Positions 46,026 to 56,206 of a stretch of DNA of 64,000 bases are shown piece after piece (position 1 is the stretch's first letter; each line of letters begins with the position of its first letter). This DNA is from a plasmid. The translations under genes and the position numbers were made by a program. The stretch lies in sequence record NZ_CP145666.1. One strand, written 5' to 3'. The notes beneath the pieces were generated by a model. It saw nothing but the letters and a program-made list of their open reading frames with translations. It was not told the DNA's origin and did not search any database.

Positions 46026-48461
46026 ATGCAACAGGTAATCGACTTTGGCACATCAGAACCGACCCTTGCCCCAATCCTTACCGGGGATAAATGGGATACG
46101 GTTTGGCAAACACTGGCTAATGACGAAGACCTGAATTATGTCGATGCCAGCACTGGCACGAGCATGGCCAATCTTATCACCACCGGCACAAACGCCATTT
46201 ATAAAGCGCTTACTGACGGCTGGACTATGAGCCTGGCGTATTCATCAGGAAAGGACTCTGAGTGCGTTCTGCACCTCTTCCTGATGGCGCTGGTAAGGGC
46301 TACCCGCAATGGCACAAACATCAGCCAGCATCACTATGTGATCCACACCGACACGGGCATCGAGAATCCAGCCGTCCGCTGGCTGGCAGACACAAAACTC
46401 GCCGAACTTGAGGCATTCGTTGAAAAGCACCAGTTACCGCTGAGCATTGTAATTGGTAAGCCTGGACTGACATCTGGGTGGACTGGCCGCATCCTTTCAG
46501 GGCGAGGATTGCCAACATTTTCAAATAGTTCCGCCAGACAGTGCTCGATCGACTTGAAGGTCGATCCTGCACGTCGGGCCCGTGCCGAGTACATGCGAGG
46601 ACTGCCTAAAGCCGTTCGTCAGCGCGTTTGTCTGCTGCTGGGTTCCCGTGATGCAGAGAGCACAACCCGTGCCATGAACATCGAAAAAAAAGGCGGGAGC
46701 GCTGAAGACGTTAAACAGACAAAAGAGGGCGGTGAGCTCTATCCGATCCGTCACTGGCATCAGGGGAACGTATGGGAATTCCTGCTATCGTCCGGGGATG
46801 AGGCTCGTTTTGCGTTACCCAGTTACCTGCCTAACAATAATGAAACTGCTGAGCTCTACAAAGAGGCTACGGGCGAATGTGTCTGGACGGGTTCTGAAAA
46901 AGCAAAAAGCGCCTGTGGTTCACGATTTGGCTGTTACCTTTGCCAGGCTGTAGGGCTCGACCGCTCTATGGAAAACCTGCTGAATGCCGACCCGGAGAAA
47001 TATGGCTATATGGCTATCCTGAACCGGCTTCAGCGTTTCATTGCCAAACGCCGTTATGCCTGGGAAGACCGCCATCCAGTGGGCCGCACGGTATACGAAG
47101 GTGGGTATATTAAGATCCAGCCAGATGTATACTCGCCGAAATTCCTGGAACGTCTGTTACACATCTGCTGTAGCGCCGACTACGTAGAGCAGCAACGCGC
47201 CGATGACGTTGCCGAGAAACTCGCTTACGGCTTGCTGGAAGACAATGCGCATAACCGTCGCATGTCCCGGCCTCAGTTCCGCATCGTCAGCGAAGAAGCC
47301 GTTGTGCATGTCGATTTCATGTGGGCTTTCCATCATTTCAATGACAAGCCTTTTAGGGCACTGGAGATCTACCACCGCGTCTGGGCCCACGGCGAGCTGG
47401 ATCTGTTGACTGATGAACCGACGATGCCTGTAGTCCCTCAGTCCCCAATCCCTAAAGCAGTCTGGCTGAAGGTGGGGAAATTTGGCGATGACTCACTATT
47501 TGATGGGCTGGCTGATCCTGTTGCGGAAATGACCTATTTCGACGGCGGAGATGACGAACGCGCCGCACGTGTCATCAAGACAAGAGACGGCCACCGTCGT
47601 GTTGTCAGTTTCAGCGAAGATAACGAAGTTACCGTAGATGAAGGGTCTGCAAGCTTTGTGTTATGGGTGGAATACCCACGCCTTAAATCTGCTATTGAGA
47701 GCGGGGCGTACACCGCTGGGAGCGCGGCGCAGTTCTACCTGCGTTTCGGCACGGTATCTCTGTGCAAAGGTAAGTCAGCCTTGTATCACAAAATGATGCA
47801 GCGTGGTCAAACCTACCATCGACTCGGCCTGACCGGATTCCAGTCGATGGAAGGGATCACAGCTCGAAAAGACCTTCGCATCCTCTCGACCGAGAAATAC
47901 CAGCATGTTCTGAAAAGAACGCTGGAGGCCCGGATCATTCGTTTTAAATGGTGGGCTAACCTCGCTTTCACCATCCAGTACCACATGACCCGCATGACAG
48001 AATTTGGGTTCTGGCTGCATCGCGTCTTACGCCAGGAAAGCCATAACGAGCTTATGGACGAGAAAACGCTGTGCAAAAACAGCCTGGAAACTGTCCTGAT
48101 CAACCAGACCAATGCCTGGTGTCTTGTGATGAGTGACGTGGGCAACAAACCTGATACATCAAATGCGCTGCGCCGCTACTGGAGACAGGAGCGGGCCCGA
48201 GCTTTCGCGCACTGTGCTTCAGTACCGGAAGTCCTTAAATCGCTGGTGGCTCGTGAGATGTTCAATATTTATCGACGTGCGCTTTATGAACTCAATAGCC
48301 ATAAAGAGTTGAGCCTTGGCCTGATACACATACAGGAACTGGCAACTCAGAACGCGGACGCGTTACGGATCCATATCAAAATAATGATGCGGTTAATCAG
48401 GCTGTGGCAATTGTCAGGTTTAACAAGCATTGGTCAGAGTGAATTTTGTGAGGCGGCTTAA
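46026..48461 (+). CDS. PAPS-reductase-family (PP-loop ATP pyrophosphatase fold) protein with a large C-terminal extension (IbrA/DndC-like)
   Basis: PP-loop SSGKDSECVLHL near residue 75, as in CysD, DndC and IbrA; 811 aa in total. Confidence 0.6.
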   Translation: MQQVIDFGTSEPTLAPILTGDKWDTVWQTLANDEDLNYVDASTGTSMANLITTGTNAIYKALTDGWTMSLAYSSGKDSECVLHLFLMALVRATRNGTNISQHHYVIHTDTGIENPAVRWLADTKLAELEAFVEKHQLPLSIVIGKPGLTSGWTGRILSGRGLPTFSNSSARQCSIDLKVDPARRARAEYMRGLPKAVRQRVCLLLGSRDAESTTRAMNIEKKGGSAEDVKQTKEGGELYPIRHWHQGNVWEFLLSSGDEARFALPSYLPNNNETAELYKEATGECVWTGSEKAKSACGSRFGCYLCQAVGLDRSMENLLNADPEKYGYMAILNRLQRFIAKRRYAWEDRHPVGRTVYEGGYIKIQPDVYSPKFLERLLHICCSADYVEQQRADDVAEKLAYGLLEDNAHNRRMSRPQFRIVSEEAVVHVDFMWAFHHFNDKPFRALEIYHRVWAHGELDLLTDEPTMPVVPQSPIPKAVWLKVGKFGDDSLFDGLADPVAEMTYFDGGDDERAARVIKTRDGHRRVVSFSEDNEVTVDEGSASFVLWVEYPRLKSAIESGAYTAGSAAQFYLRFGTVSLCKGKSALYHKMMQRGQTYHRLGLTGFQSMEGITARKDLRILSTEKYQHVLKRTLEARIIRFKWWANLAFTIQYHMTRMTEFGFWLHRVLRQESHNELMDEKTLCKNSLETVLINQTNAWCLVMSDVGNKPDTSNALRRYWRQERARAFAHCASVPEVLKSLVAREMFNIYRRALYELNSHKELSLGLIHIQELATQNADALRIHIKIMMRLIRLWQLSGLTSIGQSEFCEAA

Positions 48462-48484
48462 CTGCCTGGAATAAAGGGAAAATA

Positions 48485-48859
48485 ATGAAAATCATGCTTT
48501 CACTAGGCTCTGTTGCTATTACGACAGTAGCATCTATGTTGTTGCTGTGCAGCCAGGCTAATGGCAGCAACGGGAACAGGCCTTTACGGATCAACGAACC
48601 TGTTCAGATTACTATCGAACAAGTGATGTATCGCATTGCAAATGGTAACCAGAATATCGGCATGAAAATGCGTGAAAACCCAGTGCTGTTTTCGGGTCAT
48701 GCCGGAATCAGTGTAGAGCTAAGTGATTTTCCGCCCGGGTCAAAATCCGCGCCCGTACCCGGAACTACCGTAATGCTGCGTACCGCTTTGTCTGGTCAGA
48801 CAGAGGCCTGTTATCAGCAGCACTGCTACTCAGCCGAAGTGACCACGTACAACGAATAG
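48485..48859 (+). CDS. secreted protein (124 aa)
   Basis: Signal peptide; AAGGGAAAA RBS. Confidence 0.5.
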   Translation: MKIMLSLGSVAITTVASMLLLCSQANGSNGNRPLRINEPVQITIEQVMYRIANGNQNIGMKMRENPVLFSGHAGISVELSDFPPGSKSAPVPGTTVMLRTALSGQTEACYQQHCYSAEVTTYNE

Positions 48860-48869
48860 AGGTCTTGCT

Positions 48870-49217
48870 ATGGCAGACAGAACTGATGGAATGAAAGGAA
48901 GAGCACTGATTAGGCAGTTGTCCGGTATGCCACCCGGCGTTAACCCATTAAACGTTCCTCAGCCGCTTAAGCGAACCGTGTGCCTGGCAAAAGGCATAGT
49001 GGATACATGGGATAGTTTTCCATCCGAAAACAACCTTGCAATCGCCCTGGAAAACGCCGCTGCAATATCACGGCTGGCGATAAGCCTCCTGCAAGAACGG
49101 GAAGTACTGTACCGGCAGCTGGCATCTCTTGGAGTAGAACCAGAGAAAATGAAACAATCCGTCGAAGCCATCCCGATGGAAACGCTTTTAAAAAGCCTTC
49201 CAATGAGGAAAAAGTAA
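48870..49217 (+). CDS. hypothetical protein (115 aa)
   Basis: GAGGT RBS. Confidence 0.5.
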   Translation: MADRTDGMKGRALIRQLSGMPPGVNPLNVPQPLKRTVCLAKGIVDTWDSFPSENNLAIALENAAAISRLAISLLQEREVLYRQLASLGVEPEKMKQSVEAIPMETLLKSLPMRKK

Positions 49218-49467
49218 CTTTCTAGCGTTTTTTGTTTCCGCTGTAAGAAGACACCTTTTTTGGTGCTCAATAGCAGTATTTTTTTAACAGATAAACTAAA
49301 CGAATTCAATATTTCTTAAATTCAAGCACATTTTGTCTTCTTTTAAATTTCGTCGTAGGTTTAATGCAGTTAATAATGTTACTCACGGATTAATTTTTAA
49401 AAAATACAGAGCCTAATCAGGCTATACGGGTTTTGTAATTGCTATCATTAAAGTCACGAGGAAAACC

Positions 49468-49818
49468 ATGAGTGCATACGTCGAGCAGGTATTTAATGAT
49501 GTTGAAAAAATGCGTGGCAAAGTTCTGGCCGACCGATTCCGCATGGTATTCAAAAAAATCCAGCTTGTGAAGAACGACGACTCAGACGAGGCCTACAACC
49601 TGAAGCAACAGGAAAACCTAGCCGCTGTCACTGAACTTCAGAATGCTGGTGGTTTCATTGATTGGGACATCAAGGTCACTAAGTATAGCAACACATCCAC
49701 TCAGGTTGAGTTGCGGCATAAGGTAGATGGTGTGCTGGTATGGCGCGATTTTACCTTCGTAAGCGATTTTGTATTCGAACTCGCTAAAAACGTTGTCTAT
49801 TCAAAAGAGACGGTCTGA
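49468..49818 (+). CDS. hypothetical protein (116 aa)
   Basis: ACGAGGAAAA RBS. Confidence 0.5.
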   Translation: MSAYVEQVFNDVEKMRGKVLADRFRMVFKKIQLVKNDDSDEAYNLKQQENLAAVTELQNAGGFIDWDIKVTKYSNTSTQVELRHKVDGVLVWRDFTFVSDFVFELAKNVVYSKETV

Positions 49819-49850
49819 ATTCAATTATTGCATTAATAACCGGTGGAAAA

Positions 49851-50150
49851 ATGGAGCAACTGACACCTGCAAAACTCGACTCGATGATTACTGAGACTAC
49901 AACTGAACTGCTATATGCGCAGAGGGCACTTATCAGCCCAAGCCGAGCTGATGCGATGGAAAAGAAAGCGTCTCAATTACTCAGCATATTATTGGAGTTA
50001 AAGGAACTAAGAAATAAAAGCCCACAAAAAATCATACTGCCACCCCCTGCATGTTGCTTTGCAGATCATAGTTATCCTGCATATTCCAGAGACCAAGTTA
50101 TTGCAATACTTGATTCTCTTGGACATAAAATTATTGAAAAGGAAAATTAA
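49851..50150 (+). CDS. hypothetical protein (99 aa)
   Basis: ORF; coupled to the next gene by a TAATG overlap. Confidence 0.45.
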   Translation: MEQLTPAKLDSMITETTTELLYAQRALISPSRADAMEKKASQLLSILLELKELRNKSPQKIILPPPACCFADHSYPAYSRDQVIAILDSLGHKIIEKEN

Positions 50151-50974
50151 TGCGCCAGACAAAAATCGTAAATATATTCTATGCCAGTGCTGAAGAGCTT
50201 CAGCTAGGCATTAACGAGATAGATACTGAGATTACGACCGCTTTGCAGAACGGCAATATGGAAGCCGTCAAAAAAGCAACGTTACTTAAAAACACCATGA
50301 TTAGTCTGCTGGACAACAAACAGAAGGGCGAGCTGGTTCAAGAAACGTGTACGTCAGGCGAAAAGGCTGATTCATCGGTAGAAATAACGGACGCAATGGC
50401 CTACGCGTTCCACGCGGCATCTGGTGAGGGTGCAATTGGTTCCGATGATGTTGAAGAGATAAAGCGTGGTCTGCGGGTAGTTATCAATGAGTGTGGCCTC
50501 ACAAATCACCTCGTAAAGATCCCTGCTGGTTTACACGATGCAACAGCTCAGCTTGTAGTTAACTTCGCCTCTGAGATGGCGGGTAAGCTTTACCGGGCCC
50601 AGGAGAAGTATGGTCGTGGGGCTGAATGGGCAAAATCTGACTGGAAGGATGAATGCCTCAAAGAGCTCCACCGACACCTTTCAAAAGGTGATCCACGTGA
50701 TGTAGCAGCCTACTGCATGTTTTCGTGGCATCACGGTTGGCTGACCCACAGCGAACAACCTGCTATAGCGGGGCTCAGCGAAAGAGTTCTGTTCGATAGC
50801 TTTATGAAAGATGATTACTCACCTGATTCAAGTGGTTCAGTATCAGAGGAAGAAGAAAGGGTCTTTCTTGAGGTGCTCTTTCACATATGGCAAGGCCGGG
50901 CCGCAGTTCAGAATGGATTAACTCAACAGGAAATGGATATCGTAATGAAGTACCGGGAACAAAATCAGAAATAA
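50150..50974 (+). CDS. hypothetical protein (274 aa)
   Basis: AAAGGAAAA RBS; start overlaps the previous stop. Confidence 0.5.
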   Translation: MRQTKIVNIFYASAEELQLGINEIDTEITTALQNGNMEAVKKATLLKNTMISLLDNKQKGELVQETCTSGEKADSSVEITDAMAYAFHAASGEGAIGSDDVEEIKRGLRVVINECGLTNHLVKIPAGLHDATAQLVVNFASEMAGKLYRAQEKYGRGAEWAKSDWKDECLKELHRHLSKGDPRDVAAYCMFSWHHGWLTHSEQPAIAGLSERVLFDSFMKDDYSPDSSGSVSEEEERVFLEVLFHIWQGRAAVQNGLTQQEMDIVMKYREQNQK

Positions 50975-51035
50975 CATTACTGCGTTCTGACAACCAGTAA
51001 ATTAACTCGATGCGGTATTTCAGAAAGGAAAAATT

Positions 51036-51695
51036 ATGATCGTTCTCAAATACCCTCCTTACCCATCGCCCTTCTGGTTCCGGGGGGAAAAAGATAAAAC
51101 GGGTGTGGTTACCGAGGTTGGAACAGTTTATGTGGAAGCAACAAAGGATAACCTGCTGCTGGTGGAGGGCACACTCCCTCCGGTAGGTGCGACTTTGTTT
51201 CTTACACCTGACCGGTTCGATATTAAAGCTGAAACTGAGATTGATAGCCGGGCCCGACGAGAGGAACAGGCCAGACAACGTCTGACACGGCAAGAAGAAG
51301 AACGACAGCAAAAGGCCGCTCTCGATATGAAGCTGATGCAACAGGCGCAAGAGCGAAACGCTCGTTTGTATCTTCCGGTACGATGGACAAGCGGATTCAA
51401 ATCGGTGATTTCCGGGCTGACGGAAAACAGTAGCGGTAACGGTATAAACCGGCGAACTGTGATTCACGTGCTTTTACTTGAGGACATACGTGATGGGCGC
51501 CTGGTCAGAAATGAAGGGGATTTTCTTTGCACCGCCGCAGGTGGAAGTAACGGCAAGCTTTGGGTTAACCCAGCCACCCATAGTGATGGTGAGTACGGGC
51601 CTTACGTATGTGAAATAACGTGTAAGCAGTGTATTAAGGCTGCTCTACGTTGGCAGGATAAAAATAAGGCCGTCCCACCGGAATGTGTTCCGTAG
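51036..51695 (+). CDS. hypothetical protein (219 aa) with a charged coiled-coil-like middle region
   Basis: AAAGGAAAA RBS; RREEQARQRLTRQEEERQQK stretch. Confidence 0.5.
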   Translation: MIVLKYPPYPSPFWFRGEKDKTGVVTEVGTVYVEATKDNLLLVEGTLPPVGATLFLTPDRFDIKAETEIDSRARREEQARQRLTRQEEERQQKAALDMKLMQQAQERNARLYLPVRWTSGFKSVISGLTENSSGNGINRRTVIHVLLLEDIRDGRLVRNEGDFLCTAAGGSNGKLWVNPATHSDGEYGPYVCEITCKQCIKAALRWQDKNKAVPPECVP

Positions 51696-51737
51696 GTATC
51701 AGGCGAACCGATCACCACGCTATAGAGAGAGGGGACA

Positions 51738-51989
51738 GTGAACATGCAAGTTGCTAAAAACAAGTACGCCGTTCTGGACAGTGCGATCATGAAAATACTC
51801 GGCAAAGAGCCGGTTCCATTTTCACTGATTATGCTTCCAGACGTAGCTGGTGAGTGTTCCCGACTCGCTGATGAGGAGAGGAATAAGCCGATGCCATTCC
51901 GCATTCTTGACCGGCGGTTACAGGCGCTAAGAAAGGCTGGCAAAATTCAGTTCGTGACCGGAAAAGGCTGGGTAAACCCTCTTTCCTGA
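51738..51989 (+). CDS. hypothetical protein (83 aa)
   Basis: GAGAGAGGGG RBS. Confidence 0.5.
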   Translation: MNMQVAKNKYAVLDSAIMKILGKEPVPFSLIMLPDVAGECSRLADEERNKPMPFRILDRRLQALRKAGKIQFVTGKGWVNPLS

Positions 51990-52062
51990 CCACCCGCAAT
52001 TCGTACTGCATCTTCCTTTTCGTAAAAGGCAACTCTTCGTTGCCTTTCATCCCCCAGAGCTA

Positions 52063-52073
52063 TTCGTCACCTG
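52063..52073 (+). promoter_or_regulatory. promoter-motif copy (TTCGTCACCTG)
   Basis: About 120 nt upstream of the 1125-aa gene. Confidence 0.4.
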
Positions 52074-52192
52074 CCCCCCCAACGATAAAATCAAAGTATC
52101 ACAAACAATATGTCCCCCATTTAAGCCATTAGAAACACCATGTCCTAGTACAATAGCGGCAACATGGCTAAAGCCGGGGGAAGGAGATCATA

Positions 52193-55100
52193 ATGACGGG
52201 TATCGTGCGCATTGAACAACCGGTAGAGCGAATTGAACGTTTCCATTCTCTTCAAGGCGGTCAGTACTGGCGGGCAAATGAAGCCATTGCTGAAGAGAAC
52301 ATTGCCGCTTCCGAAGTACTGCTGATTGAATCGCTGCGTTGGGTCGACAACAAACTGCATACGGTCATTCTGCGCACCCACCCATCAAAACATGGCCAAC
52401 ACATTCGGTTTGAATATACCGATGAATCTGGCCGCACTTGTGGCACTACCCGTAGCTTCACTCAGCACCGCTTTTTGTTTGATGACTTCGTTAACAAATT
52501 CACCTTTGCTGCTGACTCGAAAGAAGTCCGCGAAAGTGAAGTGCAGGCCTGCCAGCAGTTGGCTCAGAAGCTGACCGTTGAACTTTCCGAGGCGATGACA
52601 AACCCTGAACGCATGAAAGAGATCATTGCGGAACGCCTTGAAAAAGAGCAGACAGAAAAAAGCGAGAACAAACTCAATACTCTACCCGCGACGATTGACC
52701 AGTACACAAACCTCGCCACCGGCCCGTTAGAAAATGCGCTGACATCCGGTGTCAATGAGGAAAGCATTAAGGGAATGATGGAAGCGGCTCGGCATGGACA
52801 TAAACTGGCCGTCATACAATCTGAATGGCTACAAGGTAAGAATAACGAAATTACCAGGGCCGTTCAGGCCGTCGTACCCTATTACCAGGAAATGGCTGCG
52901 GCGCAGCTGGCCGCATTCGAAGAGAGCAGGGAGAACGTTGAATCGCTGATGAAAGGGATTGCGTCTCTGGATCTTTTCATCGGCAAAGATGTTGTCGTCA
53001 ACACGATAATCAAAGGCAATTCAGCCCCGAGCGACATTCCTCTGACATTTGTCCAGAAAAAGCTACTGATGGATGAGGAGCTCGCTGTCTATCTGGATCT
53101 GGGAGACTGGTTCGATTTCACCAAAGCAGATTTATTCGACCAGGCACTGCAAAAACACCCGGGCCTAATCGAGCAGATTTTCCCGACCCAACGTTGCGTA
53201 CTGGTTATGGCCGTCACCAGACGGCACGTCAATTATCAGGATCCGTGGGAGGCTGCGGCCAAAGACTTTCAAAACAGATGTGTCTTCCTGCTGGTACGAG
53301 ACGGCGAAAATATTTACCAGGTATGCAGCCCGGTTGAATCTCATCTGGGCGCTCATACGCTGTTCCCTGAACGTGACGAGCAGGACGCGCTTTTTCGCGG
53401 TTTTGACGGTTCTCGCATCACCTTCCGCGATGTAGCTTACACTGACCGGCTGCGGGCGCATGAAAAGATGGCGCTGCACTATAAACGTTTCCTGATCCTT
53501 TGCTGCGGGCTCGACCAGCGTGAGCGCCTGTTTGGCGAATTCTATGATCGCAGTAGTAACATTAATTTCATCTCGATGGACTTCCAGGAGAAATATTGCC
53601 GCTTTATTCATGACGCAGATGGAACCGGTCTGTTGAGTGACCCGGAGGCCGATACCAGACCATCGCTGGAGTCCTACATTAAGCAGGCGAACCAGCACCT
53701 GCGTTCTGGTTCACGCGTCTTTTGTGAGTGGAGACAGGTCGTTAATCCGGTTACCGCACCCGGGGCAGCTAAGGATGATTCAGGTAACGGCTACCGGGGA
53801 CATTCATTCACGGTTGATTTCGTTAAAAGCCGTAGTACCAGCGTGGCATACCAGAAGAATGAAGAGATCTACGTTGATGTGCCAGTCGTTCAGCACACCT
53901 ACAGCCGTAATGCGAAGTCAGACAAACGAGAATTCAATGCCAAGGTATGCCTCTCAAAATTCAGAACCTCTGATAGCCTTGGCTATCTTTGCCTGGACAC
54001 GGTGAAATCCGCCGATCTCGAATATTACATTCACAACCGGCGTATCCGGGCTAACCATCTTTATTACATCCGGCTCTTCAAAGAACTTGCGGCACTGCTG
54101 AAGCTGGAAGAAACGCATGAAGAACAATACCGAAGCAAAATGCTGGCGGCTTTAAACGCCGGGAACATCGGTGACGAAAATGACCGGGTTGCGGCTGTAG
54201 ATAAAACGATTCAGACGTGGCGCTGCGCAAACCGAGGTGCATCCCTCCAAAGTGGTCTGGAAGATGAGAAGCAATGGAAAGCGCTCCTTGCCATGATGGA
54301 TTTAATTGCATGGCGAGGTCATGCAAGCATCCCGCAAATTGAATGCTACTGTGAGCAACTTGGAAACTCTCCTCTACGGCTTGTGGTAATGCCAAACGGC
54401 AAACTGGGCCTGTATGTAGCCCCACGAGCTGAAGAACGAAACGATGCAGCTGAGAAACACAAATGGGCTATACGTGTGGTATTGAGTCTGACGCGTACCG
54501 GTGTGAAAGAGGTATCTCGCTCATGGGCTCTGGTTAACGAACTGAGCGTATCTGAATGCACCCTCAAAGAATGGCCGCTGGTGGATGAGTGGAAAGGGTT
54601 AAAGTCTGTATTTGAAAGCTACGACCGGAAACTTAAAGCTCTGGCAGACATTGAACTGGGCCGTGAGACTCTCAAGCGTCTGAATCCCAGCAACCAGGAA
54701 GGTCTGAGCGAGCTGGCAGAATTGTGGATTAATGCTTTTGAAGAAATGAACTTCTACCGACCGACTGGCGGGATCGTTCAAAAGCCAGTAATGATGATCC
54801 CGATTGGTCTTATTGTCGACCGTGAGGAGTGGTCATACTTATATCTTGGTACACGCGGCTCTGCGGTCGAGTATATCTATCAGAATCTGAATGATAAGGC
54901 ACTCAAGGCCCGGGTAGCCCACCGTCTGATTTCAAATTACGAGGTCAAAGAGGGTAAGCTCGATAATCTTGCCAATAAGAAAACAAGTCTGGGTCTCTTT
55001 TGCACAAAACAGCGCCCGGACATGGCCCCTTTTAGCGCAGACCGAAACATAGAGACATATGGGCCTGATTTCGGCGTTAACCATGCTGTGCTTACGCATA

Positions 55101-55570
55101 TGGTATCGTTTAAATCGCAGATAGCGCTGATTCAGCAAGAGGCAGATCGCGGCTTACACCGTCGCTTCACGATAGCCAGCAACCTGGTCAGTTCAGCCGG
55201 GGAGTTGCTTATCGATCAACTGCTCGGCGATGCGGCGCGAGATGCAGATGAGCCGGTAGATATTCTTGAGGTGGTTATTAACCCAGCGCCAACCGGTGAA
55301 CCAGGGGCGAAGCTGAAGAAGAATGGTGAGACATTCTGGCATAAGCACTGGTGTGATTTGTGTAAGCCAGGAACCGAAGAAAGCCTGGCACTCTCCCACA
55401 TTCACGCGCCGGATCACGTCATTACGCGGACTTCGTTCAGTTCCAAGGAGGATGCCATCCTCTTCGTACTCAAGACGATGCCGCAGGCCAGAAAATACGA
55501 AAAGGATTTCTTCCGCGACAATGATTTCGATGTACCTGATGGGATTATTGAACGGTGGATAGACCGTTAA
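52193..55570 (+). CDS. very large hypothetical protein (1125 aa)
   Basis: Uninterrupted ORF with GGAAGGAGA RBS and its own terminator; no recognisable motif found by reading. Confidence 0.65.
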   Translation: MTGIVRIEQPVERIERFHSLQGGQYWRANEAIAEENIAASEVLLIESLRWVDNKLHTVILRTHPSKHGQHIRFEYTDESGRTCGTTRSFTQHRFLFDDFVNKFTFAADSKEVRESEVQACQQLAQKLTVELSEAMTNPERMKEIIAERLEKEQTEKSENKLNTLPATIDQYTNLATGPLENALTSGVNEESIKGMMEAARHGHKLAVIQSEWLQGKNNEITRAVQAVVPYYQEMAAAQLAAFEESRENVESLMKGIASLDLFIGKDVVVNTIIKGNSAPSDIPLTFVQKKLLMDEELAVYLDLGDWFDFTKADLFDQALQKHPGLIEQIFPTQRCVLVMAVTRRHVNYQDPWEAAAKDFQNRCVFLLVRDGENIYQVCSPVESHLGAHTLFPERDEQDALFRGFDGSRITFRDVAYTDRLRAHEKMALHYKRFLILCCGLDQRERLFGEFYDRSSNINFISMDFQEKYCRFIHDADGTGLLSDPEADTRPSLESYIKQANQHLRSGSRVFCEWRQVVNPVTAPGAAKDDSGNGYRGHSFTVDFVKSRSTSVAYQKNEEIYVDVPVVQHTYSRNAKSDKREFNAKVCLSKFRTSDSLGYLCLDTVKSADLEYYIHNRRIRANHLYYIRLFKELAALLKLEETHEEQYRSKMLAALNAGNIGDENDRVAAVDKTIQTWRCANRGASLQSGLEDEKQWKALLAMMDLIAWRGHASIPQIECYCEQLGNSPLRLVVMPNGKLGLYVAPRAEERNDAAEKHKWAIRVVLSLTRTGVKEVSRSWALVNELSVSECTLKEWPLVDEWKGLKSVFESYDRKLKALADIELGRETLKRLNPSNQEGLSELAELWINAFEEMNFYRPTGGIVQKPVMMIPIGLIVDREEWSYLYLGTRGSAVEYIYQNLNDKALKARVAHRLISNYEVKEGKLDNLANKKTSLGLFCTKQRPDMAPFSADRNIETYGPDFGVNHAVLTHMVSFKSQIALIQQEADRGLHRRFTIASNLVSSAGELLIDQLLGDAARDADEPVDILEVVINPAPTGEPGAKLKKNGETFWHKHWCDLCKPGTEESLALSHIHAPDHVITRTSFSSKEDAILFVLKTMPQARKYEKDFFRDNDFDVPDGIIERWIDR

Positions 55571-55595
55571 TCATATGCAGTATGAATAAAAAAAA

Positions 55596-55627
55596 GCCCG
55601 CTTTAGTCGTTGCAAGCGGGCTTTTTA
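55596..55627. terminator. bidirectional rho-independent terminator
   Basis: GCCCGCT...AGCGGGC stem flanked by an A-run and a T-run. Confidence 0.6.
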
Positions 55628-55791
55628 TTTCTTCGCGTTACAGCTGTGGCATCAATTACAAAACGGAACGGCTTGGTGCCGGGGCGAAGAACGGAGAAAG
55701 GGATAGGCACGAGGTGGTGATAATGTTGCTATTCATATGGGGTATGAATAAGAAACAGCCCACTTGCGAGTACTAAGTGGGCCATTGAGGG

Positions 55792-56115
55792 TCAGGCATA
55801 AGACTCAGACAGAGCAGTAGCGGCTTCAAGCGCCGGTTCAAGCGACAGGCTGTTATCGCTGATAACATTCCATCCCTCATTGCCGTAAACAAAATGGACG
55901 TAACCTGCACGTTCAGTTTCTTCAGGGCGATAAGCATAGAAGTAGTCTTCATCAGTAGAGAACATGGCTTCAACAATACGTTCTACGTTCGTAGAGCGCT
56001 TCAGCACAATCTCTTCTGAGTCGAATACCGAGATGCTATATCCTGCTTCAATCAACCCGGTTGCTGCTGCCCGGGCAATTTCCTGCTCAATACGTTGCCG
56101 CTGATCTACGTTCAT
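55792..56115 (-). CDS. hypothetical acidic protein (107 aa)
   Basis: GAGGAG RBS on the minus strand (internal ATG of the track ORF). Confidence 0.45.
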   Translation of the reverse strand: MNVDQRQRIEQEIARAAATGLIEAGYSISVFDSEEIVLKRSTNVERIVEAMFSTDEDYFYAYRPEETERAGYVHFVYGNEGWNVISDNSLSLEPALEAATALSESYA

Positions 56116-56206
56116 GCCTGCTGCTCCTCGATGGGAAGTGAAGTCGAACACACGAGAAAGCATGAACTATAGTTCACATTTAATCAATAAAAAAGGGAAC
56201 TATACT

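Noticed and set aside
50802-53698. Minus-strand ORFs 50802-51467 (221 aa) and 53165-53698 (177 aa)
   Set aside because: They are antisense to strongly supported plus-strand genes, including the 1125-aa ORF.
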